A DNA stretch of 64,000 nt from a virus: the IMG/VR virus record IMGVR_UViG_3300045136_000892. One strand, written 5' to 3'. Made by a program: the position numbers and the translations under genes. The stretch's first letter is position 1, and the number at the start of each line of letters is the position of its first letter. Below the pieces are notes generated by a model. The model was not told where the DNA came from. It made no database searches and saw nothing but the letters and a program-made list of their open reading frames with translations. Below, piece by piece: positions 25,274 through 35,670 of this stretch.

Positions 25274-26354
25274 CGAAGAGCTCCCGGAAGAGTGGGGGAC
25301 CGACGGGCCGGCTCGGGGCCGGCGGGGGCGGCTTGGGGGCCGCGTAGGCCTCCCAGGCGAACTTCAACGCGTACGCGAGGACGACGACCAGGACGAAGAA
25401 GACAGAGACCGGGTCGAGGCGCCTGAGCCACCGCGGCGTCCTGCGACGTCGCCGGGGACGCTCCTTTCGCCCGAGGGCCTCGAGCCACATCTCGATCGCC
25501 CGGCACCAATCGTGCGCCGAGGGACGCAGGGTCGAGACGAATGCCGCGTGGAACAGCTGGTCGACCTCGGACGGCGGGTCGACCGGGTCGTAGGTCGGGG
25601 GATCGAACTCGGGGTGCTGGACGAAGCGGGGACAGATGCCCCGGCGGACGGCGTCGTCGGGCTCGAGGCTGACCGCGGCGGGGCACGGCCTGACGTCGTG
25701 GGGGGCGCGGCCGAAGAGGAGCTCGAAGAGGAGCACCGCCAGGGCGTACCGGTCGCTGGCCTCGCTCGGGATGACCCCGGGGTTCTCGAGCACCTCCTTG
25801 GGCACGTAGCCCGGGGTCGTGAGGGTCGAGACCGCGTCGCGGACGTCCCCGCCGGCGTCGCGGTACCCGAACAGGCTCACCGCGGCGGCGTCGACGAAGG
25901 TGGCGTTCTCGCCGTCGATGACGACGTTGCCGGACTTCAGCACGTCGCCGAGGACGAGCCTCGGCCCCCGGTGCGCGTGGGCCGACGCCACGGCGCCGGC
26001 GATCCGAAACGCGAGGAGCACCTTCGTCTCGAGCGGGATCGAGCGGGTGGCCCGGGCGTCGAGCAGGGACTCGAGCGTCTCGCCGGGGGCGAAGGGCATC
26101 AGGAAGCCCACGTCCTCGCCGGTCGAAGGGTCGCTCACGACCTCGGTCGGCCAGGTGAAGCCCGGGAGCTTCCTCGAGAGCGCGATGAGCGAGGCCAGGC
26201 GCGCCGCGTCTCCGGCGCCGGGCGCGTGGTCCAGCACCTTCACGCACTCGCTTTCGCCGAGGCGGAACACCTTCCCCTCGCTCCCCCGGCCCAGGAGGGC
26301 CGCGGGGTCGAGGGGGATGCGACGCCCGGTCTTCTTGCCGACGACCCGGTTCAT
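25002..26354 (-). CDS. Membrane-anchored YegI-like protein kinase; true 3' end uncertain
   Basis: LGRGSEGKVF, VK, WP, GFLMP, GDVLKSGNVVI, FVD, TPGYVPKE, DRYALAVLLFELL; TM helix near the C-terminus. Confidence 0.8.
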   Translation of the reverse strand: MNRVVGKKTGRRIPLDPAALLGRGSEGKVFRLGESECVKVLDHAPGAGDAARLASLIALSRKLPGFTWPTEVVSDPSTGEDVGFLMPFAPGETLESLLDARATRSIPLETKVLLAFRIAGAVASAHAHRGPRLVLGDVLKSGNVVIDGENATFVDAAAVSLFGYRDAGGDVRDAVSTLTTPGYVPKEVLENPGVIPSEASDRYALAVLLFELLFGRAPHDVRPCPAAVSLEPDDAVRRGICPRFVQHPEFDPPTYDPVDPPSEVDQLFHAAFVSTLRPSAHDWCRAIEMWLEALGRKERPRRRRRTPRWLRRLDPVSVFFVLVVVLAYALKFAWEAYAAPKPPPPAPSRPVGPPLFRELFDETTSFGHAPPERRGVRVAHPGQARRRGARELRAASPRRVRRGALPRRHAAAREFVCRRLPLPGDHLRGGARSLRRPRHARPKGGGRWPR

Positions 26355-26373
26355 CGCCCGCGGCTCCTCCGGG

Positions 26374-27084
26374 TCAGCGGATGCGGATCGCGGGGTTCGA
26401 GCCGCCGAGCGCGGGCCGGCTCGCCGAGAGCAGGCTGTCGAAGGTGATGTCGAGCACCGCCTTCGGGTCGGAGTCCAGGTACTTGACGCCGCGGCCCGAG
26501 ACGTCCAGGCGGCGCGCGAGGTCCTGGTTCATCGCCTCGTGGGCCGGGCCCACGAGCGTCACCTTCGCCTTGTACTTCGCCACGAGCGAGAGGAACTCCT
26601 CGACGCCCGCTTCGGTCTCCTCCTTCGACTCCCCGGTCGGCTGGAGGTCCGAGACGATCAGGAGCTCGAAGTTGCGTGTGGTCACCTCCTGCGGAAATAC
26701 CTTGGTTTGGAGGAACTCCTCGCACTTCGCAGCCACGACCTTGAACCCCCGGCCCAGGGGCGTCTGGCCGTCCGCCGTGAACTCCGGGTCGGCCGCGGCC
26801 TTCAGCGGCACGAACTCGGTGGCCATCACGCCGCCCGACACGACGACGTAGAGGATGTAGACGAGGTCACCGACCTTCGCCCCGCCGACCTCCATCAGGT
26901 GCGCGGCGACGGCCGGGATGAACTCTCCCTGGCGCTGCCGCCACCGCGCCATCGAGCCCGACTCGTCGCGGACGACGACGAAGACGACGATACGGCCCGG
27001 GAGGCGATCGGCGGAGCGAGCGAGGCCGCGCACACCGACGGCCGCCTCCTCGGCCTTGCGGGTGATCCTTCGCGAAACTGGCAT
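26374..27084 (-). CDS. TerY-like vWA domain protein
   Basis: AGGAG RBS at ATG 27084; MIDAS DESGSM, ADGQTPLG, LLIVSD. Confidence 0.8.
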   Translation of the reverse strand: MPVSRRITRKAEEAAVGVRGLARSADRLPGRIVVFVVVRDESGSMARWRQRQGEFIPAVAAHLMEVGGAKVGDLVYILYVVVSGGVMATEFVPLKAAADPEFTADGQTPLGRGFKVVAAKCEEFLQTKVFPQEVTTRNFELLIVSDLQPTGESKEETEAGVEEFLSLVAKYKAKVTLVGPAHEAMNQDLARRLDVSGRGVKYLDSDPKAVLDITFDSLLSASRPALGGSNPAIRIR

Positions 27085-27475
27085 GTCCTGCTCCTTGGTG
27101 GTCACGAGTGTGATCTCTGGGAGTGCAGGGAGTTGCGAGCGCGCCTCCCAGGTGCCTGGAATCCGCCGTCGGCCACTTCCGGTAAGTGGCAATCCTTGGC
27201 TTCGTTGCACGAGACGCTGGATTCGTAGCCGCTGTGGCCGGTGATCATCGGGCCGTCCTGATCGGTCATGCGGGCGTCTCAGGTGATCGCATTGGGGCCG
27301 TACGGTCCGGGGAGGGTGCCGGCGCGAATGGCACGGGCGCGCACCTTCCCCGCTCGGCCGATCGCGAGGCGACGCGTCCGGCACGGTCGATTTCCTCGGG
27401 GGCCGACCCGTGGGGACGGGACGGCGGGGTTGGATTAGGTGGGGACCCTTCCCGGGGATTACCCGGCTGGGCTGC

Positions 27476-27892
27476 TCACTCCTCCTGGACGCGGTGATCA
27501 GCCACGCGCACCGGCATGCGCAGGGCGTAGATCCAGCTCTGACCCAGGAGCCGAGCGAGCCGACGCGTGAATGAGACGAACCGGTCGAACGTCTCCTCCG
27601 TGTCGGGTGCGACGATCTGGAGGGGATGGACCGGGCACAGCGACCAAGCCTCGGCGCTGTACCAGCCCCCGGTCGAAGGCGGGATCAGCCTGTAGCCGGT
27701 CGAGCCGGTCACCTCCACCAGTTCCTCGATCGCCCTTCGGATCCCGGCGACCTCCCAGGCGGCGTTGGGCAGGAAGATCGTGAACATCGCGTGCGCGCCG
27801 TCGTGCATCGAACAGCGACATACCGACGGCTCCTCCGTCCGCTTCCGCGGTTCCTCTCGCATGAAGCAATCTCCTCGATAACTCCGGCACAT
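27476..27892 (-). CDS. Hypothetical protein
   Basis: Protein-like composition; start uncertain. Confidence 0.5.
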   Translation of the reverse strand: MCRSYRGDCFMREEPRKRTEEPSVCRCSMHDGAHAMFTIFLPNAAWEVAGIRRAIEELVEVTGSTGYRLIPPSTGGWYSAEAWSLCPVHPLQIVAPDTEETFDRFVSFTRRLARLLGQSWIYALRMPVRVADHRVQEE

Positions 27893-28141
27893 GCCGGATG
27901 CGGCCAGATTGCCAGCTCCGCGCGGAGCTGCAGGACGGCGAGGCCCCGGGGTACCGGCAGGAGACGGGGCCTGTAGCCCTCATGAGGACTACAAACTTAT
28001 TGTGGTCTCCATGAGGGTCACAATCAGGTGAAATCCCGTCGGAGATTGCGGTGGAGGACCCGCCACTCGGCCGCAGCCGGATTAGACAAGTCCGAGCGAC
28101 TTTAGGCGTTTTATGACATCGCCCACGCTTGCTGCGAGCGA

Positions 28142-29335
28142 TCAGACCGGGATGGCCCGGAGCAAAGGGAACTGCTTCGATCCTGCTTTCGGGACCGGTC
28201 GGCCTCCACGCTTAGCTCGCCGGGGCTGGAAGTAGCCGTCCCCGCGCTTGGCACAGCGGAGCCGAACCGCGATCTCGCCATTGAGCATCAGCTTGACGTC
28301 GTTCTTGGCGGCGAGCTGGTTGATCCACCGGACCGCGGCGTCGTTCAGCTCGAACGAGCCGAGCGTCCCCTGCCGATGGAATTGGTCCAAGATCACCTGG
28401 AAACGATGAGCGAATCGGGCGGGGGGCAGCGACTTCCTCTGGTCCCACAGGCCCGCGAGGCTCTCGATGACGGGATGCCCCTCGCAGGGGAGCGGGGTCG
28501 CGCGCCCGCGCCCCTGATTTGCCGCCGGCTCGACCTCGGCATGGCTGGGGCCCGACGCCGGATCGCCCGCCATCCGGACTTCGACGAGTTTCATCGACGT
28601 GCCTTCGTCTTGGGCGGCCGCGCCGTACAACGGGCGGACGACCTCGGACAGCGCGCCCCCGATCCGGTCCAGCAGCCGACGCAGCCGGCTGACGTCGGGC
28701 ACGGTGAGTTCGCTGATCTCTTCCAGCGCCCCGGCGATCTCTCCCAGCGGGGCGACGATCCGCGCCGGCAGATCGGGGACCCTGAGCTGTCCCGACCAAG
28801 CCTCCTCGGCTCCTGGCCCTTGCCCTTCCGCCCGGGCCGCTTGTTGCTCCTCTCCACGTCCGAGTCCCACCGCCTTCCGCCGCAAGGCGATCACCCGCGC
28901 TTGCTCCTCCTTCCCCGTCGATACGAGCCCAGGGTCGCATACACTCTCAGGCTTTAGCAAACTGGCCGCGACGGAGTGCCAGCCCGCGTCCGTTAGACGC
29001 GACGGATCGGCGGCGAACTCGCCCAGGAGCCGAATCATGCCGTCGACGGGGAAGCCGAGACGATTATCCTCCTCCGCGACCAGCACAATCTCCTTGACCG
29101 GTCCGACCGCGCCACGCAGGGCGCCCTGGTCGATCCGCCCGGACCCGAGGACCTGCTGCCGCACGATCAGGGCGAGCTGCTTGCTCGCGGCGCTGTCGGG
29201 ATCTAGCTCCGCAACGCTCAGACGGCCCCGCCCCGTCAGCACGAGCCGAACCGCCCCCATCGACCGCCCCCGCGCCGCCGGGACACCGGCCGAACTCGCC
29301 ATGCCCGGCGAACTCTTTCGCGACCCCATCGACAC
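28142..29335 (-). CDS. Hypothetical protein
   Basis: 397 aa; co-oriented with the upstream ORF, RBS present. Confidence 0.5.
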   Translation of the reverse strand: MSMGSRKSSPGMASSAGVPAARGRSMGAVRLVLTGRGRLSVAELDPDSAASKQLALIVRQQVLGSGRIDQGALRGAVGPVKEIVLVAEEDNRLGFPVDGMIRLLGEFAADPSRLTDAGWHSVAASLLKPESVCDPGLVSTGKEEQARVIALRRKAVGLGRGEEQQAARAEGQGPGAEEAWSGQLRVPDLPARIVAPLGEIAGALEEISELTVPDVSRLRRLLDRIGGALSEVVRPLYGAAAQDEGTSMKLVEVRMAGDPASGPSHAEVEPAANQGRGRATPLPCEGHPVIESLAGLWDQRKSLPPARFAHRFQVILDQFHRQGTLGSFELNDAAVRWINQLAAKNDVKLMLNGEIAVRLRCAKRGDGYFQPRRAKRGGRPVPKAGSKQFPLLRAIPV

Positions 29336-29344
29336 CCCTTCTCG

Positions 29345-30418
29345 TCACGTCCCGAGGATCCGGGAGAGCACCCGCGCGTGGGCCGAGCGTCCGAACGACC
29401 CGTCACCGAGGTACCCGACACGATCATGCAACACGCCGATGAAGATGACCCGCGAGGTCGTCCGATCGAAGTTGATCGTGAGCTCATCGTAGAGGACGTC
29501 GTCCCGGTTGGTCGCTCCGGGCCGCATGAAGAACCGCTGGGCCTTGAGGATCTGAACGTCCCAGACCCCGACCCCGTCGATGAGTCGCCCCGGCCGGACG
29601 CCGGCAGGGCGGGCGGAAGCCATCCCGACGGGGAGGGCACGCAAGAGGCCGGTGTCCGGGTCCCTCCAGAGGCCGAACATCCTGCCGTCGAGGGCCGGCA
29701 CCAGCCCACGTTTGAGGAACACCTCGTACTCCATCGAGAGCGCCGCCGCTCCCAGCCGCTCTCGATGGACGCCGGTGCCGACGTCCAGGCCCAGGACAAC
29801 CTCCGAGTCCTCCCAATATCGGACGAAACGCGGGTTCCAGGTTGCCATGCCGGCGGGTACGGCCCACCTGAGCCACTGCGGCCGGACTTCCACGTAATTC
29901 CTCGGCCTGACGGTGCCGGCCCAATTCCGCCCCGGGCGTCGCCAGTAGTCGAAACGGAGCCGGACCGGCTCCGTCGGCCCGTACTCCCGGTGGTCGAAGT
30001 TGCTCACCTCGACCTCGCCGCCCAGGTTGATGCGGGTCGTGCAGCGGTCGGTCCAGCACACGCTGTGCGTCCAGAACATGACGGGCAGGGCCGCGGCCGG
30101 CCTGAGGAAATGCTCCAGGATCCGCCCGATCTCGCCCCGGTGCAGCTCCCATTTCAAGGGCTCGCCCAGGCTGGGATTGGCCTGGGCGGTCAGCCCGCCC
30201 ACGACTTCCGGGAGCTTCTCGAGGATCTTCTCGCCCATCGCCAGGCTGTAGGCGGAGGCCGCGTCCTGCTTGATGCCGAGCTGCTCGGCCACCCGGCTTC
30301 CGTCGCTCGTCGGGTCGGCCCAGACTTGGGGCACGCGGCGGTCCGACGCCCAACCGGCCACGTCGAAGATGGCGTGCGGCGACGGGTAGATCGGACTACG
30401 CCTCGAGCGTCCGGCCAC
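29345..30418 (-). CDS. Hypothetical protein
   Basis: GGAGGAGG RBS; Trp/Tyr-rich protein-like composition. Confidence 0.6.
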   Translation of the reverse strand: MAGRSRRSPIYPSPHAIFDVAGWASDRRVPQVWADPTSDGSRVAEQLGIKQDAASAYSLAMGEKILEKLPEVVGGLTAQANPSLGEPLKWELHRGEIGRILEHFLRPAAALPVMFWTHSVCWTDRCTTRINLGGEVEVSNFDHREYGPTEPVRLRFDYWRRPGRNWAGTVRPRNYVEVRPQWLRWAVPAGMATWNPRFVRYWEDSEVVLGLDVGTGVHRERLGAAALSMEYEVFLKRGLVPALDGRMFGLWRDPDTGLLRALPVGMASARPAGVRPGRLIDGVGVWDVQILKAQRFFMRPGATNRDDVLYDELTINFDRTTSRVIFIGVLHDRVGYLGDGSFGRSAHARVLSRILGT

Positions 30419-31304
30419 GGCCCTCCTCCTCCCCGATCCTCCATTGTAACTGGTTACTCCTCGGGAGGATCTGCGGATCCGGACCTCGAGGTGGGTGTGC
30501 GGTTAATGCCAGCGAGGACGACCCGGACACCTTACCGGCGAGGGTTCGATGCGGGGTATCTGGTGCGCTACGGCCGGGACGGGGACGGGTCCATCGACCG
30601 ATCGGAGGCCTTCGAACACCTCGACGTTGCGGTCATGACCCTTTTCCAAGGGCACCGCGGCATGGCGCGCCGGGGTGAGCCCTCAAGATGGCGGGATCGG
30701 GGGATCTCCGACTCCTTGGCACCCAAGTCAGCCAGGATCCCCAGGGATTCGCGACGCTCGCCGTTCGCTCCGACCGCCAGGCGGCCCCCGAAGACGTTGG
30801 GCAGCGAGCGGAGGCCCCGCTACGGTCGCGCCTCGGCGTGACGTGCGTCGAGCGGTACGCGCGGGGCGGTGCTCACCTCGAGGTCACCGATGTCAACCCT
30901 CGCACCCTGCAGCGGAGGTCTCAATACAGAGACGCAGTAAGCGTGCGAAGGAGCCGCCAGCCTGCGCATCGGCGACAGGATCGACTGGGCCAACAACTTG
31001 AGGATTCGCCGCGTCGCCGATCCTCGTTGCCTCTTGGACGCCGTCCCCCAAGGAGGGGATCTGAGTATCTCAGGGCACAAGGCGAGCACCGGGCTCGAAA
31101 ACAAGTACGAGGCGACCGCGATGCTCGATCGCTACGAGTAGGTCGTCACGCTGCCGTTGTCCTCCGGCAGTCGCACGAGCGATTCGAGGACCGCCACGCT
31201 TGCGGGCGAGGAGTCGAAGGCCAGTGCAGGAGTGTGGCACCGGTCACCTAGTGCCGGTTCTGCGAGGGAAGAGGTCGGCCGCACCCCGCGGCCGACCCGC
31301 CCGA

Positions 31305-31783
31305 GAGTTACCCGCCCCCTGCAAGCCTCCCCGCCCCGGCGAAGCTGTACGCCCGGTCGCGGCCCACGATGATGTGGTCGAGGAAGTGAAGCCCCAGAAG
31401 CCTCGCCCCCCGGCGAGCCTCCGCGTCAACTCGACGTTACCCGAGGGGTGGTTGTGGGCCACGACGACGGCGGCACTCGCCGTCTTAAGGGCCACGGCGA
31501 AGACGAGCCGCGTGTCGACGGTGGAGGAGTCGAGCCCTCCCGTGTGGAGCCTCACCCACCCGAGCACGGTGAGCGAGGCGTCGAGGCAGAGCACGACGAA
31601 CTCCTCCCTGAGGTCGATGGTGCCTTGGTCCCAGAGCGTGCGGAGGTACTCCTCGGCCTTCACGGCCGTCGTGAGCACCCACGGCATCTCCGCCTGTCGC
31701 GAGTCCTTCCTCCTCGTTCGCTTGTAGGTCACTTTGAATTCGGCGAGGTGTGGTGTACGTTCGAGCGTCTTGAGCGTAATCAT
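31305..31783 (-). pseudogene. radC: RadC-like JAB domain protein, disrupted
   Basis: REEFVVLCLD...AHNHPSG present but PSxxD is missing. LLGLHFLDHIIVG continues in another frame after about 31410. Confidence 0.75.
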
Positions 31784-31846
31784 GGGTTACCTTCCTGGTT
31801 GCGATATCAAGCGGCCGAGGGGCTCCAACCCCCTCGGCGATGTTTC

Positions 31847-32209
31847 CTAATCCTCGTGCGGCAGCATGATCGTGACGACGGGCTCACCGTCGTCGCCCGG
31901 CCCGCACACCGCGTAGAGCCGCACCGACGGTAACTCGGGTGAATCGTCGCTACGGACTCGCACCGAGAAATCGACCCGGTGCCCGTCCCCGGCCTGGCGT
32001 ATCGCGAGCCTGAGCGTCACGAGCAGGTCCCGGAGCCTCCCGGCCTCGTCCTGCCCGCAGACGCATTCGGCCCAGACGCCGCACGTCACGGCGACCGGGA
32101 AGACGAAACCGGCCTCCCGGGCGGTCTTCGAGATGTCGACGAGCACGCCGTCTGCGATGGCCTGCTCCCGGCTGTAGGCGTGAATCAAGAGTTCTCTGCC
32201 GTGCGTCAT
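31847..32209 (-). CDS. DUF6573-like protein
   Basis: IHAYSREQAIADGVLVDIS..AREAGF.FPVAVT...QDEAGRLRD...CGPGDDGEPVVTIMLPHED. Confidence 0.8.
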   Translation of the reverse strand: MTHGRELLIHAYSREQAIADGVLVDISKTAREAGFVFPVAVTCGVWAECVCGQDEAGRLRDLLVTLRLAIRQAGDGHRVDFSVRVRSDDSPELPSVRLYAVCGPGDDGEPVVTIMLPHED

Positions 32210-32838
32210 ACGTCCTCCTCCCAGGACATCATGATCGTGAGGCCCGCGATGCGGCCCGCCTCGCGGCGGTGGAGGGCCTTGAGATTGAAGACCTGCGGCT
32301 CGCCCTGGCCCCCGACGGCGTAGAGCCACGTGTAGACGTCGCGACCCTCCTTCGCGTAGGCGTCGGCCACGACGCGGAGGACATGGGCGAGGCTTTTCTC
32401 TTCGCTCCCGAAGTCGAACGCCCAGTCGTGTGCGATGAGGTGCTCATAGACGCAGGCCGTGACCGCGACCGGGCAGGTGAATCCTGCTTCCTTGGCGGCC
32501 TCGGACACGTCGAGCGTCCCCCCGGCCAAGAACGCGGTACGCCTCTCTCTATGCTCGTCCTCCCCCGGCTTGGGCCGGCCATCCGGTCTCTCGTAGGTGG
32601 CCGATGTCCGCCAGCCCCCCGAGAGGCCGGCCTTTCGTGCGTCGACGTAGTCGTGCGGCGAGCAACTGACCCCACTGTTGAGCCAATTCGCGAGTTTCAC
32701 GAGGTGCTCGAAGATGTGCCCGTCGCGGGGACGGTTCTCGTAGTCCGTGAGCTCCGCGTCCCAGAGGTACTCGAGGACCTCGGTGATGGCGTCGAACGGG
32801 GCATCGCCGTCGATGACCCAGTGATAGATGGCGACCAT
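32206..32838 (-). CDS. Hypothetical protein with C-terminal DUF6573-like domain
   Basis: AGGAG RBS; LDVSEAAKEAGFTCPVAVT...LTIMMSWEED parallels the neighbouring gene. Confidence 0.65.
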   Translation of the reverse strand: MVAIYHWVIDGDAPFDAITEVLEYLWDAELTDYENRPRDGHIFEHLVKLANWLNSGVSCSPHDYVDARKAGLSGGWRTSATYERPDGRPKPGEDEHRERRTAFLAGGTLDVSEAAKEAGFTCPVAVTACVYEHLIAHDWAFDFGSEEKSLAHVLRVVADAYAKEGRDVYTWLYAVGGQGEPQVFNLKALHRREAGRIAGLTIMMSWEEDV

Positions 32839-33258
32839 GTTGTTTCTCCTTTGTTGCGTGCCGCGGTGGTCCCTCGCGTGCGGCAGTTTCCGTTTCACCC
32901 CGCCACCACCACGCTTTTTCGGCGGGTGGGGGGACCGGGCTTCTTCGCCCTCCTTGAGAAGCCCGGTCCCCCCACCTGACGAAAAACGAGGACTGAGCAC
33001 GGCCGGCAGGCCGTGACGAGAAAGGGCCTCCGTTTCGAGCCGCCTGCGGGGTAGCGGAGCGGTCGCAAGGGCAGTGGCGGAGAGGATCGGAGCGGACCGA
33101 TCGTCAGATCGGCACGCCCTTGCCTCCGCGGAGCGGGCGGGATCGCGTCACCGCTGCAAGAACCTCCAAGAGACCAGGAGGTTTCTGCATTCTCTACCGG
33201 CCTGCTCGAGGCGGACCCGAGGCGATTTGCCTTGAGCCGGCCGGCACATCGTGCGATA

Positions 33259-33292
33259 ATTCCTAGGTACATAGGGATCACTACCTAGGAAT
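33259..33292. promoter_or_regulatory. Inverted-repeat operator upstream of abiEi
   Basis: ATTCCTAGGTA...TACCTAGGAAT, overlapping a TTGAGC-17-GATAAT promoter. Confidence 0.65.
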
Positions 33293-33299
33293 CGTTGCA

Positions 33300-33905
33300 A
33301 TGGAGGACGTCACCAAGTTCGACGCTGCCCTGGAGCTCCTGAGGCGTAGAGGGACGCTCCGTCCACGCGATCTCACCGAGCGAGGCATACCCGCCGACTA
33401 CCTGGACCGCCTCTACCGGCGGGGGCTCGCCGACCGGGTGGCCCGCGGGCTCTACGCCTCGCCCGAGGCCGACGTCGGCGAGCACCACAGCCTGGTCGAG
33501 GCCCAGAAGCTCGTCCCGGTCGGCGTCGTGTGCCTGCTCTCGGCTCTCCGCTTCCACGGGATGACGACCCAGTCCCCGAGGGAGGTGTGGCTTGCGCTCC
33601 CGAACAAGGCCTGGACGCCGAGGGTCAATACGCCGAGGCTCAAGGTGGTGCGTTTCTCGGGGCCCGCCCTCACCGAGCTGGTCCACGTGCACGAGCTCGA
33701 GAACGTGGCGGTGAAGGTGTACTCACCGGCCAAGACCGTCGCCGATGCGTTCAAGTACCGGAACAAGATAGGGCTCGACGTGGCCCTCGAGGCGCTCCGA
33801 GACTGCTGGAAGCAGCGGAAGGCCACGATGGACGAGCTCTGGCACGCCGCGAAGATCTGCCGCATGGAGAACGTCATGCGGCCGTACCTCGAGTCGCTCG
33901 CATGA
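33300..33905 (+). CDS. abiEi: Type IV TA antitoxin AbiEi
   Basis: N-terminal wHTH RVARGLY; CLLSALRFHG.TTQ; YSPAKTVADAFKYRNKIGLDVALEAL. Confidence 0.92.
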   Translation: MEDVTKFDAALELLRRRGTLRPRDLTERGIPADYLDRLYRRGLADRVARGLYASPEADVGEHHSLVEAQKLVPVGVVCLLSALRFHGMTTQSPREVWLALPNKAWTPRVNTPRLKVVRFSGPALTELVHVHELENVAVKVYSPAKTVADAFKYRNKIGLDVALEALRDCWKQRKATMDELWHAAKICRMENVMRPYLESLA

Positions 33906-34831
33906 CGAGGAAGAATGTCGCCGCCTCGGTCAAGGAGCGGCTCCTGAACATGAGCCGGAAGACCGGCGAGGACTTTCAGCGGCTCCTGACCCGCTACGCC
34001 GTCGAGCGGCTGCTGTTCCGGCTGTCGGCGTCCGGGCACCGCGACGCCTTCGTGCTGAAGGGCGCGATGCTATTCGCCCTCTGGACCGGGGAGCTCCACC
34101 GGCCGACGCGTGACCTCGACCTACTCGGCTACGGCGACCCGGGCGGCGAGCGCCTGAGGCGAGTCCTCGCAGAGGTGTGCCGCGTGGAGGTCTCCGATGA
34201 CGGGCTCCGATTCGACGCGGAGTCGGTCACGGTCGATCCCATCCGCGAGGACCAGGAGTACGGCGGGCAGCGGGCGCGGATCGAGGCTAAGCTCGGGCAG
34301 GCGCGCATCGACCTCCAGGTTGACGTTGGCTTCGGGGACGCCGTCACGCCGCCCGCCGAGGAGGTCGACTTCCCGACGATCCTCGACATGGATGCACCGA
34401 GGCTCCGCGCGTATCCCAGGGAGACGGTCGTCGCCGAGAAGCTCGAGGCCTTGGTGAAGCTCGGACTCGCAAACTCCCGTATGAAGGACTTCTACGACCT
34501 CTTCGTCATGGCCAACACGTTCCCGTTCGAGGGGGAGCTCCTCTCACGGGCGATCACGAACACCTTCGAACGACGCTCGACCGCGTTCCCGAAGGGGATG
34601 CCCATAGGCTTGACCGACGCCTTCGCCCGAGAGGAGTCGAAGATGAAGCAGTGGCATGCGTTCATCAACAGGAGCGGGCTCTATGCCGCGGGGGAACTTG
34701 AGGAGGTGCTGAGGAGGCTCTCCGTGTTCCTCCTCCCGCCGCTCGATCACGCATCAAGCGGCGAGCCGTTCACACGCTCTTGGGTGCCTGAGTCGGGGTG
34801 GGGCAAGCAGCTCCCGGGGGAGGGGCGATGA
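33902..34831 (+). CDS. abiEii: Type IV TA nucleotidyltransferase toxin AbiEii
   Basis: FVLKGAM, RPTRDLD, DVGFGD, AEKLEA, NSRMKDFYD; ATGA overlap with abiEi. Confidence 0.92.
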   Translation: MTRKNVAASVKERLLNMSRKTGEDFQRLLTRYAVERLLFRLSASGHRDAFVLKGAMLFALWTGELHRPTRDLDLLGYGDPGGERLRRVLAEVCRVEVSDDGLRFDAESVTVDPIREDQEYGGQRARIEAKLGQARIDLQVDVGFGDAVTPPAEEVDFPTILDMDAPRLRAYPRETVVAEKLEALVKLGLANSRMKDFYDLFVMANTFPFEGELLSRAITNTFERRSTAFPKGMPIGLTDAFAREESKMKQWHAFINRSGLYAAGELEEVLRRLSVFLLPPLDHASSGEPFTRSWVPESGWGKQLPGEGR

Positions 34832-35414
34832 TCGACAGCTTCGAGCGTCACGACCTGGACGGCGAGCACGCGTTCTACTCGGGAGGCTCCCCGCACACCT
34901 CGCCGTGGACGCGGAGGGCTTCGTGCGGCTCTGGTCGCTCCTCCCCGAGGAATACCAGGAGATCACGATGCACGGCCGCCTCGTGAAGCTGCCCCGCTGG
35001 CAGCGGGCCTACGGCCGGGACTACCGCTTCTCGGGGCGCCTGAGCGAGTCACTGCCCGTCCCGCCGCCCCTAGAGCCGCTCCTCGCCTGGGCTAAGGCGT
35101 CGTTCCACGGGCGGCTCAACGGGCTCCTGCTCAACTGGTACGACGGCACGCTCGGCCACTACATCGGCCCGCACAACGACAGCATCAAACGCATGGTCGT
35201 GGGCGCCCCGATCGTCACGGTCTCGCTCGGGCAAACTCGCGTGTTCCGGCTGACGCTCCCTGGTTCGAAGACGCGGCGCGACTTCCCGGCGACGGACGGC
35301 ACCGTCTTCGTCATGCCCTACGACACGAATCTCGCCTGGAAGCACGAGGTGCCGAAGTCGGCGAAGGCTAAGGGACGCCGCATCTCGGTGACCGTGCGGG
35401 CCTTCCAGGATTGA
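34828..35414 (+). pseudogene. AlkB-like 2OG-Fe(II) dioxygenase with an N-terminal frameshift near 34880
   Basis: PRWQRAYG, LLNWY, HND, SLG, WKHEVPK, RISVTVR. The ATG at 34828 is out of frame with the main ORF (34905-35414). Confidence 0.75.
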
Positions 35415-35611
35415 ACGCTGTTTGCGTCGCAGGGACGCGTGAGGCCTGCCGATCGGCCGTGTCACACGCGATGCTTCGACTCGGCGGTCGAACGGATTGT
35501 ACCGTTGGGTCGTGTGCAAACTGCCCGCCGGGCGGGAAGGGTTAGGGCTCGTGCTCGATGCGTTCGAAGTTCCCGGCCGCACGGAGGTGGCCCGACAGGT
35601 CACCTCAAATT

Positions 35612-35640
35612 GTCAAGTTTACGAGCAAAAAAACTTGACT
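35612..35640. promoter_or_regulatory. Inverted-repeat operator overlapping the -35 of the second AbiE pair
   Basis: GTCAAGTTT...AAACTTGAC, including TTGACT. Confidence 0.55.
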
Positions 35641-35670
35641 TCTGGCGAGCCGGAAGCGATCTTAGAGGGT

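Noticed and set aside
20278-27228. Long plus-strand ORFs (506, 724, 623 and 469 aa) and the 978-aa extension of the lipoprotein ORF
   Set aside because: Antisense or alternative-frame shadows of real genes; Arg/Pro/Gly-rich with no motifs.
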